A stretch of 64,000 bases of DNA from Haliotis cracherodii (Eukaryota): positions 74,090,001 through 74,154,000 of the forward strand of contig NW_027266264.1 in assembly GCF_022045235.1 (NCBI RefSeq), in the 5' to 3' direction. A program made the position numbers and the translations under genes. The notes below the pieces were generated by a model. The model was not told where the DNA came from. It ran no database searches and saw nothing but the letters and a program-made list of their open reading frames with translations. Positions 50,297 to 61,498 of the stretch are shown here, in pieces (positions within the stretch are counted from its first letter, which is position 1; each line of letters starts with the position of its first letter).

Positions 50297-51977
50297 TACT
50301 CCCAGTGCCAGAAGCATGCAATGTGTCTTATGACATAGGACCACAGCAGCTGTAGCCGTCATCCATATATCGGACTGGAATCGCAATTAGTACTTCTAGC
50401 ACGGCAAGGGATTAATAACAGTATGCCGATTTCATAAGGTATTTGATGTAAATAATATTCCAAATATCGAGGAATAAAGATACGGCAGGTCAACGAATGA
50501 GGTAGGAGACTCGAGCGTTCTTATGATTAATAACTAGCCCTATGTCTTTCGAATATTTACAATTTGGAAATCATGATACGATAGAATACCCAAATATGTC
50601 TAAAATTAGTGTTCTGTTCTGTTTAACGCCGCACTCCTCTTTGTTCCATTAGTGTGGCGGCGGTTTGTAAATAATTGAGTCAAAACCAGACAATCCAATG
50701 ACTCACATGGACACCTGTCTACGCAATTAACATTCATACAACCAATTCGCTGAGTATGACCCCCGATCCATTTAGTCTCTTCTTACGACCAACAGGTTGA
50801 CGAGGACCCTTATTCATACCGGGATTCCCTAAGAGTGTCAAATGCCAAGTGTTGTAATTTTATGGAAAAACAAGGAGCAGGCCTGTGACCCAGCATCTAT
50901 CTACGCAATTGGGATACGATGGTATGCATCGACTAAGTCAGGTTCGCTGACTTGGTTGATGCATGTCATCGTATCCCAATTGCGTAGATCGATGCTCATG
51001 ATGTCAATCACTGGATTGTCTGGTGCAGACTCGATTATTTACAGACCGCATTCATATAGCTTAAATATTGCTGATTGCGGCGTTAAACAACAAACAAACC
51101 TACCTCTCCGAAGCTTGGGTCAAAGACCTGCTCGTGTGGAAATATTTGAAAACTCTCCCTGATAACGTGTTGACATCCAGCCTACATTATGTTGTGACTC
51201 ACGTCTTTCTGAAACATTCCATTATGAATTGAGTCATCGTCTCCTGTTTGGTCGAGGAGAAAGTGGCTCAGAAGTCGATTGCTACGCTAGTTTCTGTGCG
51301 GAGCTTCATCATTTTCATTGCCTTGACGAGTGAGTGGTATTGCATTTCATGCCTCTGATTCCGTTGACATGGTTGCATGATGACACACACAAATTTCTCA
51401 TTGATGTAACCTTTGTATCGATGGTTACGACCGAATACCGAAAATCCTGTTTAGTTTATTTAAAGCAGTAATTGTTTATTGTTAAGCAAGTTTATCTCTG
51501 CAGCCGATGAAATGTGCAGCAACTCGACGACTCGTCTCGTATCCAAACACGGGGCTCTGTACTCGCGGGCAGATGACCATGGAGTACTCTGATCACTGTG
51601 TCGGATTAACGAGACTGATTAATGAGTGATTTCGGTGATTCGTTGCAAATCGGGTCTGTCGGAGTCGGAGTGCGAGACTGTCGGCTAAACGGGTCAAAAT
51701 AGCACTGATTTCATTGGTTCCCATCATTAGTGTCGGATGAAAGTCGATTGTCGGATTAACGAGACTTGACTGTATATGAATGTTACTAAGGGCAATATGA
51801 TCTGTATTAGTTCCCCCTAGCTTTGTACCGGCAATGACTGCAGTTATTACAATGCATTCTAGCATGAATACTCTCATTTGTACTCACTGCAGTTGGATCC
51901 CTGTTACTTGAATGAATGGCTGTATACTATCATGTGTCATGGCACATACAGTTCAAACGTACAAACAAGTGTATTTT

Positions 51978-52164
51978 CTAAGTAAGGAAAAGAATATATG
52001 GATGAACAACTTCTTTATTACAATTAAGAACGATGTGTCGATGTAGGTCCTAACACCGTTATCAAGCAAGTGATCAGTGATAACGGTAATAGGACCTACA
52101 CCGAAACGTCGCTCTTAATTGTAATAAAGAACTTGTTCATCCATATATTCCTTTCCTTATTTAG
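51978..52164. mobile_element. Penelope-like terminal repeat in inverted pair, each arm carrying a hammerhead-like motif
   Basis: ~87-bp inverted arms around a short spacer. Each arm reads TGATAAC-GGT...ACC-GAAACGTCG...AATAAAGAA(G/C)TTG, the usual layout of Penelope pseudo-LTRs. Confidence 0.65.
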
Positions 52165-52774
52165 TACTCCAACTTCTAAATGCCTTGAATACACAGTGCC
52201 ATTTAGAAAGTGGTCAAATGCAACATATGTTATATTTGGGATAACACTTTCTTAGTAAAGTACAGATTCTAGTACTTTTTTTTAGTTGTGTCCCGTCCGG
52301 GCTTCGAACCCACACTTGCCATAGAGAGGCACCTAATCGCCAGCACACAAAGTCAGCGATCTAACCCACTCAGCCACTTGTCAGAGTGGTACTCAAAGTA
52401 CGTGATCTAGACTACCAGTTGTCGGACTTTCATTTTTGTGGAAGCCTCGTACTTTACTAAGAAAGTGTTATCCCAAATAAAACATGCGTTACGTTCTAAA
52501 TGCCTATCAAAGAAGTCTATTTTCTATTAAATACAATTGTGTTATTTATACTAATTTCCAAAAGAGAAACACAACCTAAAGTAAGAAATGTTCGAAAACT
52601 ATTTGTAATACATAAATCTTTTCATTTTCAAACATTTCATACTTCAGTGTGTGCTTTTCTTTCGGAACTGAGTATTATATCATAATCAATCTCAATCACT
52701 TACACAAACCCATGTTGGGTTCCTGATTCTTCAACCACGATTTGCAGCCGTGATGTAGCTTGGATACTGTTAAC

Positions 52775-52830
52775 ATGCCATGCCACGCCATGCCATGCCA
52801 TGCCATGTCATGCCACGCCATGCCATGCCA
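52775..52830. repeat. (CATGC)n pentanucleotide repeat
   Basis: Direct reading. Confidence 0.9.
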
Positions 52831-55030
52831 CACCACACACATGTACTGGGTTGAACCTGTTGGTTAACGACATATGCATACCCGGATCCTTCACTGAAAT
52901 ACTCTACAATGTAATCACAAACTGCCTTCCTTAAAGCTCTAACAGCTATGATTAAATCTCTCGCAGCTAAAGCCCTCGCAGGCATGCTGGTGTATTTTCT
53001 TATTATTATCATTGTACATAAAATGTCTTGTTTTTGTTCTCCCATTCCTAGATCACCTGTCTGAAAGTCAATGAGCTCATGTCATAGGCTGGTTGTCCGC
53101 CTTCTCTAAATCCAGTTTTGGATGTGGCCTCCACAAAAGCAATATTCGAAACCCCTTTTATGTGGAGGGGAATGTCCACGTAACTCTCCATTCATTAAAT
53201 ATAATAACCCTCGGCCTCTACTTTAAACTCATCCCTACATTTACACTTTGACAAAATATTCTTTTGTTGAAAGTATTTGAAATATATACCAGAACTCTTT
53301 GCTGTCTGTATATACTGCGTGAGTCGCCCTTGCGTGATGCGTTCTCTGCCGCTGTGGCACGTGCGCCAAGCTACATCGCGAGCTAACATTTACAATACAT
53401 GGTACACGGCTCTTCATAATTTCGTTGGGTCCAAAACTTGTATTTATCAATCGCTTGCACATTTTTGATACATGCTGATGGGAATAATAGGAAATATAGA
53501 GCCCCGTCAAGGGATATTTATATTACCTTATTTGTTTTTTCTCGCCAAAGGTTGTCTAATTATATATAAATTGCTATAAATATCTACATTGTTGTAGGTA
53601 ACCTGCTCTTACACAATATATATACATATTATTATGAGCTTATAAGCATTATGCAAAATTATGAAAATATTTAATAGTTAATTTCACACCATACCTTCAT
53701 GTGCCGCTGTAGCTGACGTTAACATTTACACATTCTCAAATCAAACTATACGGGTTCGAACCCCGCTGGCGCTGGAAAAAATGAAATTATTCACTTGTCA
53801 ATAAATGTAAATAGTTCCGTCCATTCCAAGTGGAACTTAAGTCAAATGTTGGTTCAAGATAATGTACAGTTTACAAACAACTCTCCATTCCTAAAAACCA
53901 ATAGAGCGTTCAAACAATAGAATGACGTCATAGATGTGTTTTAACGCCAGTTCACGACCATTTCTTTTCAAAACGTTATCAAATTTGTGTAGTTAGTAGT
54001 AGGACAAGTAGTATGTGTTCCGTGTTTGCCATACGTTTACTATTGACTTTGATTTGAGGTTTGTATTTTGACCACGTGCTTAAAGGCTTCAGCAAAGCTC
54101 TCGAAATGTTTTTTTTTGTTGACATGTGGGGGATATTTCCAAATTGAACGCATCACTGATTGAAATGATATTTTGACTTGTAGCATGTTTCCGTGTTTTT
54201 CTTGCAGAGCAAGGTACACTCAGCTTTTAAGATATAGTTGAAATAGTCAAAATGATGATTAGGGAAATGATTTTGTGGCTTTTTAAGTCAAATGCATTTA
54301 AGGCTCTGTTTTCTGCTTGACCGAGAAATAAGCTGAAATCTGAATGTTCCTTCTAAAGGAGACATCAGATGTTTGTTCAGAATGGTGAATCTATCTTTAT
54401 TTTTAAGAAATTACATCAAATGTGTATTCTGAAGATATACAAGGCCTAGAAAGCTGAAACGTTGTGTGAAATGATAATGGCTCTGCATGTACCTTCATTT
54501 CGTTAGGGGTAACCGCTATATGTTTGTTTACGAAAGTCGCTGTTCTATACACATTCCATACCTATGATACCTATGCGAGGTAAGTACACTGATGCAAACA
54601 GCAGAACTTGACCATATAAAGGCACACCGCTGTTTAATATTTATTAGAGATACTTCCTTATTCCAAATCGACAGCCACTCAAAACGTTGGAATCGTTTCA
54701 ATATAGAGGTAAATTGTATGATTATACTAATTTTACATGGAAGCTTTGTTGAATATAGTTTTAAACTTGTGTATTTATTTTCTTCGGGAATTGGAAGATG
54801 ATAGAACCAATTTTGAAAAGTTTTGTTTGAATTGTTTGAAGTGACTTTATGATCACTGAAGTAAAGGTAATACAGCATAATGGACATTTTAGTGTACCGT
54901 CTAGACAACCACAACAAGGAAGATCACGCCAAGGGCGACTGCGGAGTCGACCTACATCAACACAGCGGTGCATTGTGTCAATACGGTCTCGGGCCGGGAG
55001 CGCCAGATTGTTATTTTAAGCATATACAAA

Positions 55031-55585
55031 TACAGAACCGGCCTCAGGGGTGATTGTACTGGCTATACCCGGATGCGTGTGTCGAAGCCCATTTGGCAAA
55101 TTAAAGGAGGCTATTTAACCGAAGCTTCTGGAATTTAAGCCATATTGTGAACCGGATCTTGAATAAACCCGGCCTTGTCCTTAGTCTCCTACTTTATCGG
55201 AAAAGGTCAACATCAATGTTGCAGCTTAGAATTTCAGAACATTTTGATATATAGAATAATTAAGATGGTTATTTCGTGCAAGTCATTCTACAGCAGATTG
55301 TTTTTCTGGTTGTCAATAAAACGCACGTGTTCCCGTCCAACGCACCAAAAGTATTTAAACGGTACTTCCCGGATGAACATCGATGATGAGTCTTCCCTGT
55401 CTCGACAAGATTGCCTTAAATTGACTATTGAAAAGTAAATAACAATGCAAAAAGTCTGTAAGATCTTCACTGAAAGCTTAATCCAATATTACAAATTGCC
55501 TATTCCGCTCTGGTATCTTTATTGTAATTATCTGCATATATATCATGATTTATTTTCCATGATTTGTGGTGTCATGAAGTACCAA
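55031..55585 (+). pseudogene. Relic paralog of the peptide gene: last exon plus 3' UTR/flank, frameshifted
   Basis: TACAG|AACCGGCCTCAGGGGTGATTGTACTGGCTATACC aligns with 61379 onward (TGLRGDCTGYT vs TGYRRTCTGYT). A 35-nt deletion then shifts PGCVC (vs PGCRC) out of frame. Downstream similarity continues to 55585, matching ~62105. No exon 1 or 2 found. Confidence 0.75.
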
Positions 55586-56057
55586 TATAATAAAATTCTT
55601 TATTTGTTTTTTGTTTGTTTGATGTTTAACGCCGCACTCACTTATATGGCGGATGTCTGTAAATAATCGAGGCTTGGCTTCACATTCCAGTGATTGACAT
55701 CATGAACATCGATCTATGAAACGATGACATACATCAACCACATCAGCGAGCCTGACCACCCGATCCCGTTAGTCGCCTCCTTCTACAAGCATGGGTTGGT
55801 TAAAAGCAATTCTAACCCGGATCTTTATGGGGGGAGATCTTTGCTAGAAGGTCGCGTTAGGATTCAATTGCTATTGAATGTTGAATTTCATTCAGTCAGT
55901 TATAGTGTACCAAATCATTCTGCAGCGATACGGGGGCATAGGTGGCCAAATCTTCTTCGGCGTCGCAATTTGCTGTGCAGAGTTGCGTCTCTTGGGCACG
56001 CCAGAAACCTATGACCATTGGTTCTAATCTCGATTTTGTTTCTAGGTTTTCACACCA

Positions 56058-56603
56058 CAATCTCATTAAAATCAGATCTTAGTTCTCGCTACCTCTAGAC
56101 AAAGATCTGTGCACATCCCATTACGGGTCACGTCAGAGCGAGTTTTCGCGAATTTTGACCGACCAATGAAATGACTGACCAGAAATCGACATTAGCCAAT
56201 CAAAAGGCAGCTTGCTAGAGCGACCTCCATTCATGCCTACGCTTGAAAAATATGTTGACGACGTTGTCGAAGAAAAATGTTAAAACTGAACAAAAGGACT
56301 TTCTGGAATATCTAACATTTGGTCGCGATTGTACGGCAGTACTTCACACATGCTATGCAACTTCTCTTCCGTTCAAATGTTTATCCCACTGAAACGAGAG
56401 ACAGACGATGATTTTGACGGAATCAGTCATAAATGCCGTAACCCTCGTTCGGAATACCCAAGGTTAACCTTTTCGAGGTTGCATGATTAGAAAACACATT
56501 CCGTCTGTCATTTCCTGATCTGGTAAGCGACGCTCTGATTGGTCGAATGAAATGTGGTTCCGAGGTGACCAGTAATGGGATACCCTCGGATCTTTGTTTA
56601 GCG
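56058..56603. mobile_element. MITE family M1 copy, right end truncated, inserted in a family C SINE
   Basis: Colinear with 48591-49196. Confidence 0.82.
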
Positions 56604-56769
56604 GTTTATTCCAATATTCCAGAACAAAGGCAAACTCAATTAGTTGTCTTATTCTGGCTCGGAATCAATTTTCAAGAAGAATGTAGGCCATCGGCCCATA
56701 TTCACAATGGTGGCCCATTATTACATTAATAACACTCTACTGCAGCTGTAGTTGACAATGTACATCATT

Positions 56770-56886
56770 CGCCCGATGAAGGAGTAAGCATATACTCCGA
56801 AACGTTGTGTTCCTCACAATAAAGAAGTTGACGTCCATATATTCTCTTCGTTATGTGTATCAATTCTAAAAAGCCTTTCAAAAACG
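56770..56886 (+). mobile_element. Solo Penelope-like terminal repeat with hammerhead-like core
   Basis: CGC-CCGATGA-A-GGAGTA(agcata)TACTCC-GAAACGTT-GTG followed by AATAAAGAAGTTG..TCCATATATT, homologous to the 52.1-kb arms. Confidence 0.6.
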
Positions 56887-57139
56887 TACATTATGTACAC
56901 ATGATTAAACAAAAACAAACAAGAATCGCTCAAGCGGTTTGCATTGTAGACAAACATGGATAAGTGGTCGATGGTGTTTGCATCTGATTTTAATAAGAGA
57001 ATATTAAAATGACGAAGAGAGGGTTGCACTGCATACTTTTTGGTATATAAAAATCATATTTTCTCACATACTTATTACAAATTATTTTCAACTTCTACAC
57101 AATTATTTTTATAATTTATTATCCACCTTTCCCCCAGAG

Positions 57140-58170
57140 GTATGTTGGAATAACTACCACTCTCAATAATTAGATTGTGTGAACTGCAACGAAATCTTTC
57201 TTTCGAATTTTGAAAGCGTTATACATTTTAAATAGAGCTCAAAACCAAATGAAACGTTGTGTTTTTGACTGGCTAAACAACGTCGTGTGCATTTGGACGC
57301 CTTAGTCTTTGTACAAATTATGGAATAAAACATTTAAGATTGTTAATACGTTGAATTTCCCACACATACCCGAAACCACCATGAAAAAGTAAAAACATTA
57401 TTTTGTTGCCCACTTAATTTTACCACTAGCTAATCCATGTAAAAACACATTTTAGCAGGTTTTAGGAAAAAATAAATTCTGACTTACACAACAATTTAAA
57501 ACAGTGTTTAATACAACCTTTAATGCACAACTATACTCCAATGGGAACCTGCCACTTTCTCTATGTACAACAATTTCACACCTAAAAGCAAAATTATGAA
57601 TCATTTCTATACTATCCATATTATCGAGACCCCATACTTCAGCCGACTGGTTTCACCTTGGTGTTAAGATCTTACAGTTCAAATGTTAAGGTATTGGGTT
57701 ACATTTTTAATGAGTCTTAAACCTACAAAACAATACCTTTCAAGCCTGTTAAGCAGCTGATAAAGTATATCGTGACCACGTAAGGATTTAGAAAATGTAA
57801 GAAAGTACTTGTAAAACTCCACACATGAACTACGGTAATACCACCTCTCGTACTCATAACATTCAACCCTTTTGAATTCAACCATCTTGGTTTTATTTAA
57901 ATTCACAGTCAAATGATACTTACAATAATGTTTTTTTTCCAGAATGTCAATTCGTTTCTGTGAACCAAATATAGGATCTGTAATAGTAGTAATGTCTGGA
58001 TGAAGTTGATTTTCCGTTTTCACATGGACTCTCTATTTCTTTCGCGAATTCATTTATAAACATAGAGAGTAAAACGGACTGAGGAAATATCCCTGTCGAA
58101 CACCAATATCGCAAACAAACAGTTTAGAATCAGAATTGTTAAATTTAGCACAACCAGATACGTGGTTGTA
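57140..58170 (-). mobile_element. Degenerate non-LTR retrotransposon RT and C-terminal fragment (RTE-X-like; clade uncertain)
   Basis: Minus-strand motifs DIGVRQGYFLSP, FINEF, LTVNLNKTKMVEF and EVWG, with frameshifts. Confidence 0.72.
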
Positions 58171-59251
58171 GACATATGGGTTGGAGTTACACGTTTTGGA
58201 AAATTCGTCTTTTCTGTAATATTGTCAAAATTCTAAAACTGTGATGCTATGACCTCGATCTTCACACACAGTGGGTGTTACCGTTATGACAGCATATATG
58301 TTTTCCCCCGTTTTCTTTCAATGTTCAAGTTCATGTAAAATTTCAAACTCAGATGAAAATGTATTTCGTTGAAACTATCTATTCACAATGCCATGAAAGA
58401 AACAAACGATGCACATATACTGTTAACAGAACGTTTATAAGTACAAAATGTAAGCCTCGTTGCAAAGAGTAATGTCATTGGTTATTTTACCTGCACGTTA
58501 CGTCTACATTTCATGGCTTTTTAGGTACAATCGAGCATGCATTTCCTACGAAAATGTCATAGAACGTCATACGACTCAAAAGTTGTTTGATCAGGGTTAC
58601 AACATTCAATGAAATATCAGTTGTTTGAACTTTTTGAATGATGAGATAAAAAGCATAAAAATGACTCAAATGAGCGACAAATGCGAAGTGTTTAGCTTTC
58701 ATGAAAAAGAAGAGGTTTTGCCAGAGGTGTGTGCTGCCTTTATCTACATATCCAGCACTATACATAATCCTACGAGACACAACTTGGGTAAAAGATCGTG
58801 CGAGTTCGTGTTCTCTTGTTTTCTTAGGTTAACAATTGCCTATGCTTATGATATACTCGAAATCGTACAATGGACTCCGCATTTAGCAAAGATTTCTCGA
58901 TATCTCTTTGCAAACATTTGTTATTTTCTAATGTTCTCTATCTTTTTGGATAGTATACATCCAGTGTGTAATTGTGTGATTAGATGCAAGCCATATATGT
59001 GCTTGCGATTCATATTTTTCTTTTACTCAAATTTTCCTGAAACAAACTGCTTACATTTACTCCAAGGTTACCATGACATGTTTTCTAAATATAGATATAC
59101 CATAATTTTTTTATTCACAATGCAGGTATATATTAGGTGTAAGGAGCGGCCATGTTTACTTTACATAGCAAACGGATGTTACGACTGGTTAAACGTTTGA
59201 GGCGGCCCTGACATACAGCAGTCTGGTGTAGACCACGGAGGCGAAACAACC

Positions 59252-61498
59252 ATGGCAGCTGTACTGAAACTGTGTGTGGTCCTCATCTGTCTTGGACTGG
59301 TGGAGTCACTCGGTAAGACAGGCTTAGTCCATTTAGAGTCAGCATGGTTTATTAATCACATTCTAAATTCATGAGGAAATGAGTGTAAAGTTTCATGACA
59401 TGAATGTTGTTTTTAATATCGATGCCGTTAGTCCTATGATGGGTAAGAGAAGGACACTGACGCTAATGTGGACATGTTATATTTTGACGTACAGAAAGCC
59501 TATCGAACATGCTTATATGACCGTCGATTTTACTGAAAAGTTTGGACATTTTGACACGATAAATATGAATAAGATAACAGTTGTTTGAACTTTTGGAATG
59601 ATGAGATAAAACGCATACAATTGACTAAAATGATCGACAAATGCGAAGTATTTAACTTTCATGAAAAAGAAAAGGTTTTGCGATAAATGTGCGCTGCCTT
59701 TACCTACATATCCTACGAGACACAACTTGGGTAAAAGATCGTTCGTGTTCGTGTTCAACCTCTTCCTAAAAAGAACTATTTGGGCACCTTCAAGCCATGC
59801 TTTTATATCCTATAAGGGAGTAACGACTGATCTATTTATCGATGCATTGCGTTTATTCATAACCCGCAAGGCAAGATATCAATATCAATGAAAAATACCA
59901 GTGACCTTTAAGTTGTGTGTGGTGTTGTGTTGTGTATATGATTAGGATATGCGTTACGTTTGGAAACGTAAGGGGAAGGGTCATGGAATAAAGCTACGCA
60001 AGTTTTGTGATTTAAATATTGATAGCATATCTGTGATTAACATAGCAACAAATTACCTCGACGTTACGGAGAGCGCTTGGACTTGGATTTCGAGAGGGGC
60101 TGAAGAAAGGACATATAAATGTTGTGGGCTTACACCTTCTTTCATTATGCTCACGTTTGAATTGTAAGTGATTTGTGATACAGTTGGTTTTGAACTGACT
60201 CGATCATGTTACTAAGCATCAATTCCATTAATTGGAGCCTTTTGTTTTCATGAAACATGTCCACAAATTTCACTCAAGAACCCTTTTACTGCTAAAATCT
60301 GCTCTGATATGCCAGAAATGTATGTGTTTCCTCAGATATCGTGACGCCCACGACACAATTCGCTTAATGTTTGAATTAATAGAATCTCATAAAATATGAA
60401 CATATCTAGAACTGATGCAGGGTGTTGTGTCACGCTGCTGTAATTCTTAGTGAAGTGAGCGCGCCTGCGCGAATGTTTGTGTGGCTGTGTTTTGTTGTGT
60501 TTCTGTGGGTGTGCATACGTGTACAGTATCTTATTTCCTTTCAGTCCAGGACTGCCTCTGTGACGTGTGCACAGTAACGGAGCGTGTCTCGTTCAAGAAA
60601 CCGTAAGGCCACTGATGATGATTTATTTATTTTTGTTGTGTCGAACGAATTAGATTTGTCTACTTGTTTTGTAATCCCAAATGACAATATCAAGTAGAAG
60701 TAACTGCAAATTTCACTTCTAAAGTCGTGAACACTCCATCTCACATCAAAGGAGGATGGGCCTGTAATAAGTTCATCATTTTGGCTTATTATTTTGTCTG
60801 TATTTAATTACTTGGATTGTGTTCATTTACAATGACTTGACATTTTTATTGCAGTATATGCCCATCAACAACGTATCGTCAAAGATACACCACAAAATGT
60901 GGATTTTTGGGATGGGGAAGGTGTACCAAATACCGGTGAGATTGTAACAATGTTCACTTTTTGAAATCATTTCATCAAATTCCGAGTTAGAATAGATCCA
61001 TAGCAATCTATGTTTGTCGTAAGAGGCGACTAAATGGATATAGTGATAGATCAGGTGCCTCGGTTGATTGCGTATTATCGTACCCCTTCCCAGACGGAGT
61101 GGGACGTTGTCCGCAATAACGATCACTGGTTTGCCTGTCCGTCGTCAAATTGTTGAAATACGTAAGACAGCGTTAAACAATCAAACGTAATTATCCCAAG
61201 TGAATGCGTGAAGCTAAGATATAATATAAGTCATAAATCACGTGTTATTTAACTGCACGTGTGATTAATAATATTCACTTATGAATCATGCAATCGATTG
61301 TATCACATGTTATTAATTTCAACTTGGCACAGGTAAAATAGTGCGGACAACATCTAATTCATTTTCATTTATTTATCCTACAGAACCGGTTATAGGAGAA
61401 CTTGCACTGGCTATACCACTGGTTACAAGAATAGGTTCGTGTCTTGTCGACCCGGTTGCAGGTGTCCGAAGGGCCCAATTCCAAGATGTGTTAACTGA
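59252..61498 (+). CDS. Putative secreted cationic cysteine-rich peptide precursor, 77 aa, 3 exons
   Basis: Exons 59252-59312 (ACAACCATGG start, G|GTAAGA donor), 60545-60602 (TTTCCTTTCAG| acceptor, CC|GTAAGG donor), 61384-61498 (TTATCCTACAG| acceptor, TGA). Phases 1 and 2 match. Product MAAVLKLCVVLICLGLVESLVQDCLCDVCTVTERVSFKKPTGYRRTCTGYTTGYKNRFVSCRPGCRCPKGPIPRCVN. Exon 1 encodes a hydrophobic signal-like segment. Confidence 0.8.

Noticed and set aside
54429-54468. CTGAAGA...GAAACGTTG hammerhead-like string
   Set aside because: A 7-nt insertion follows the core, stem II is very weak and no Penelope-type tail follows; not supportable.
58625-59200. 191-aa ORF upstream of the peptide gene
   Set aside because: Non-ATG start, AT-rich low-information composition, and the duplicate at 59578-59757 has indels that do not preserve the frame.
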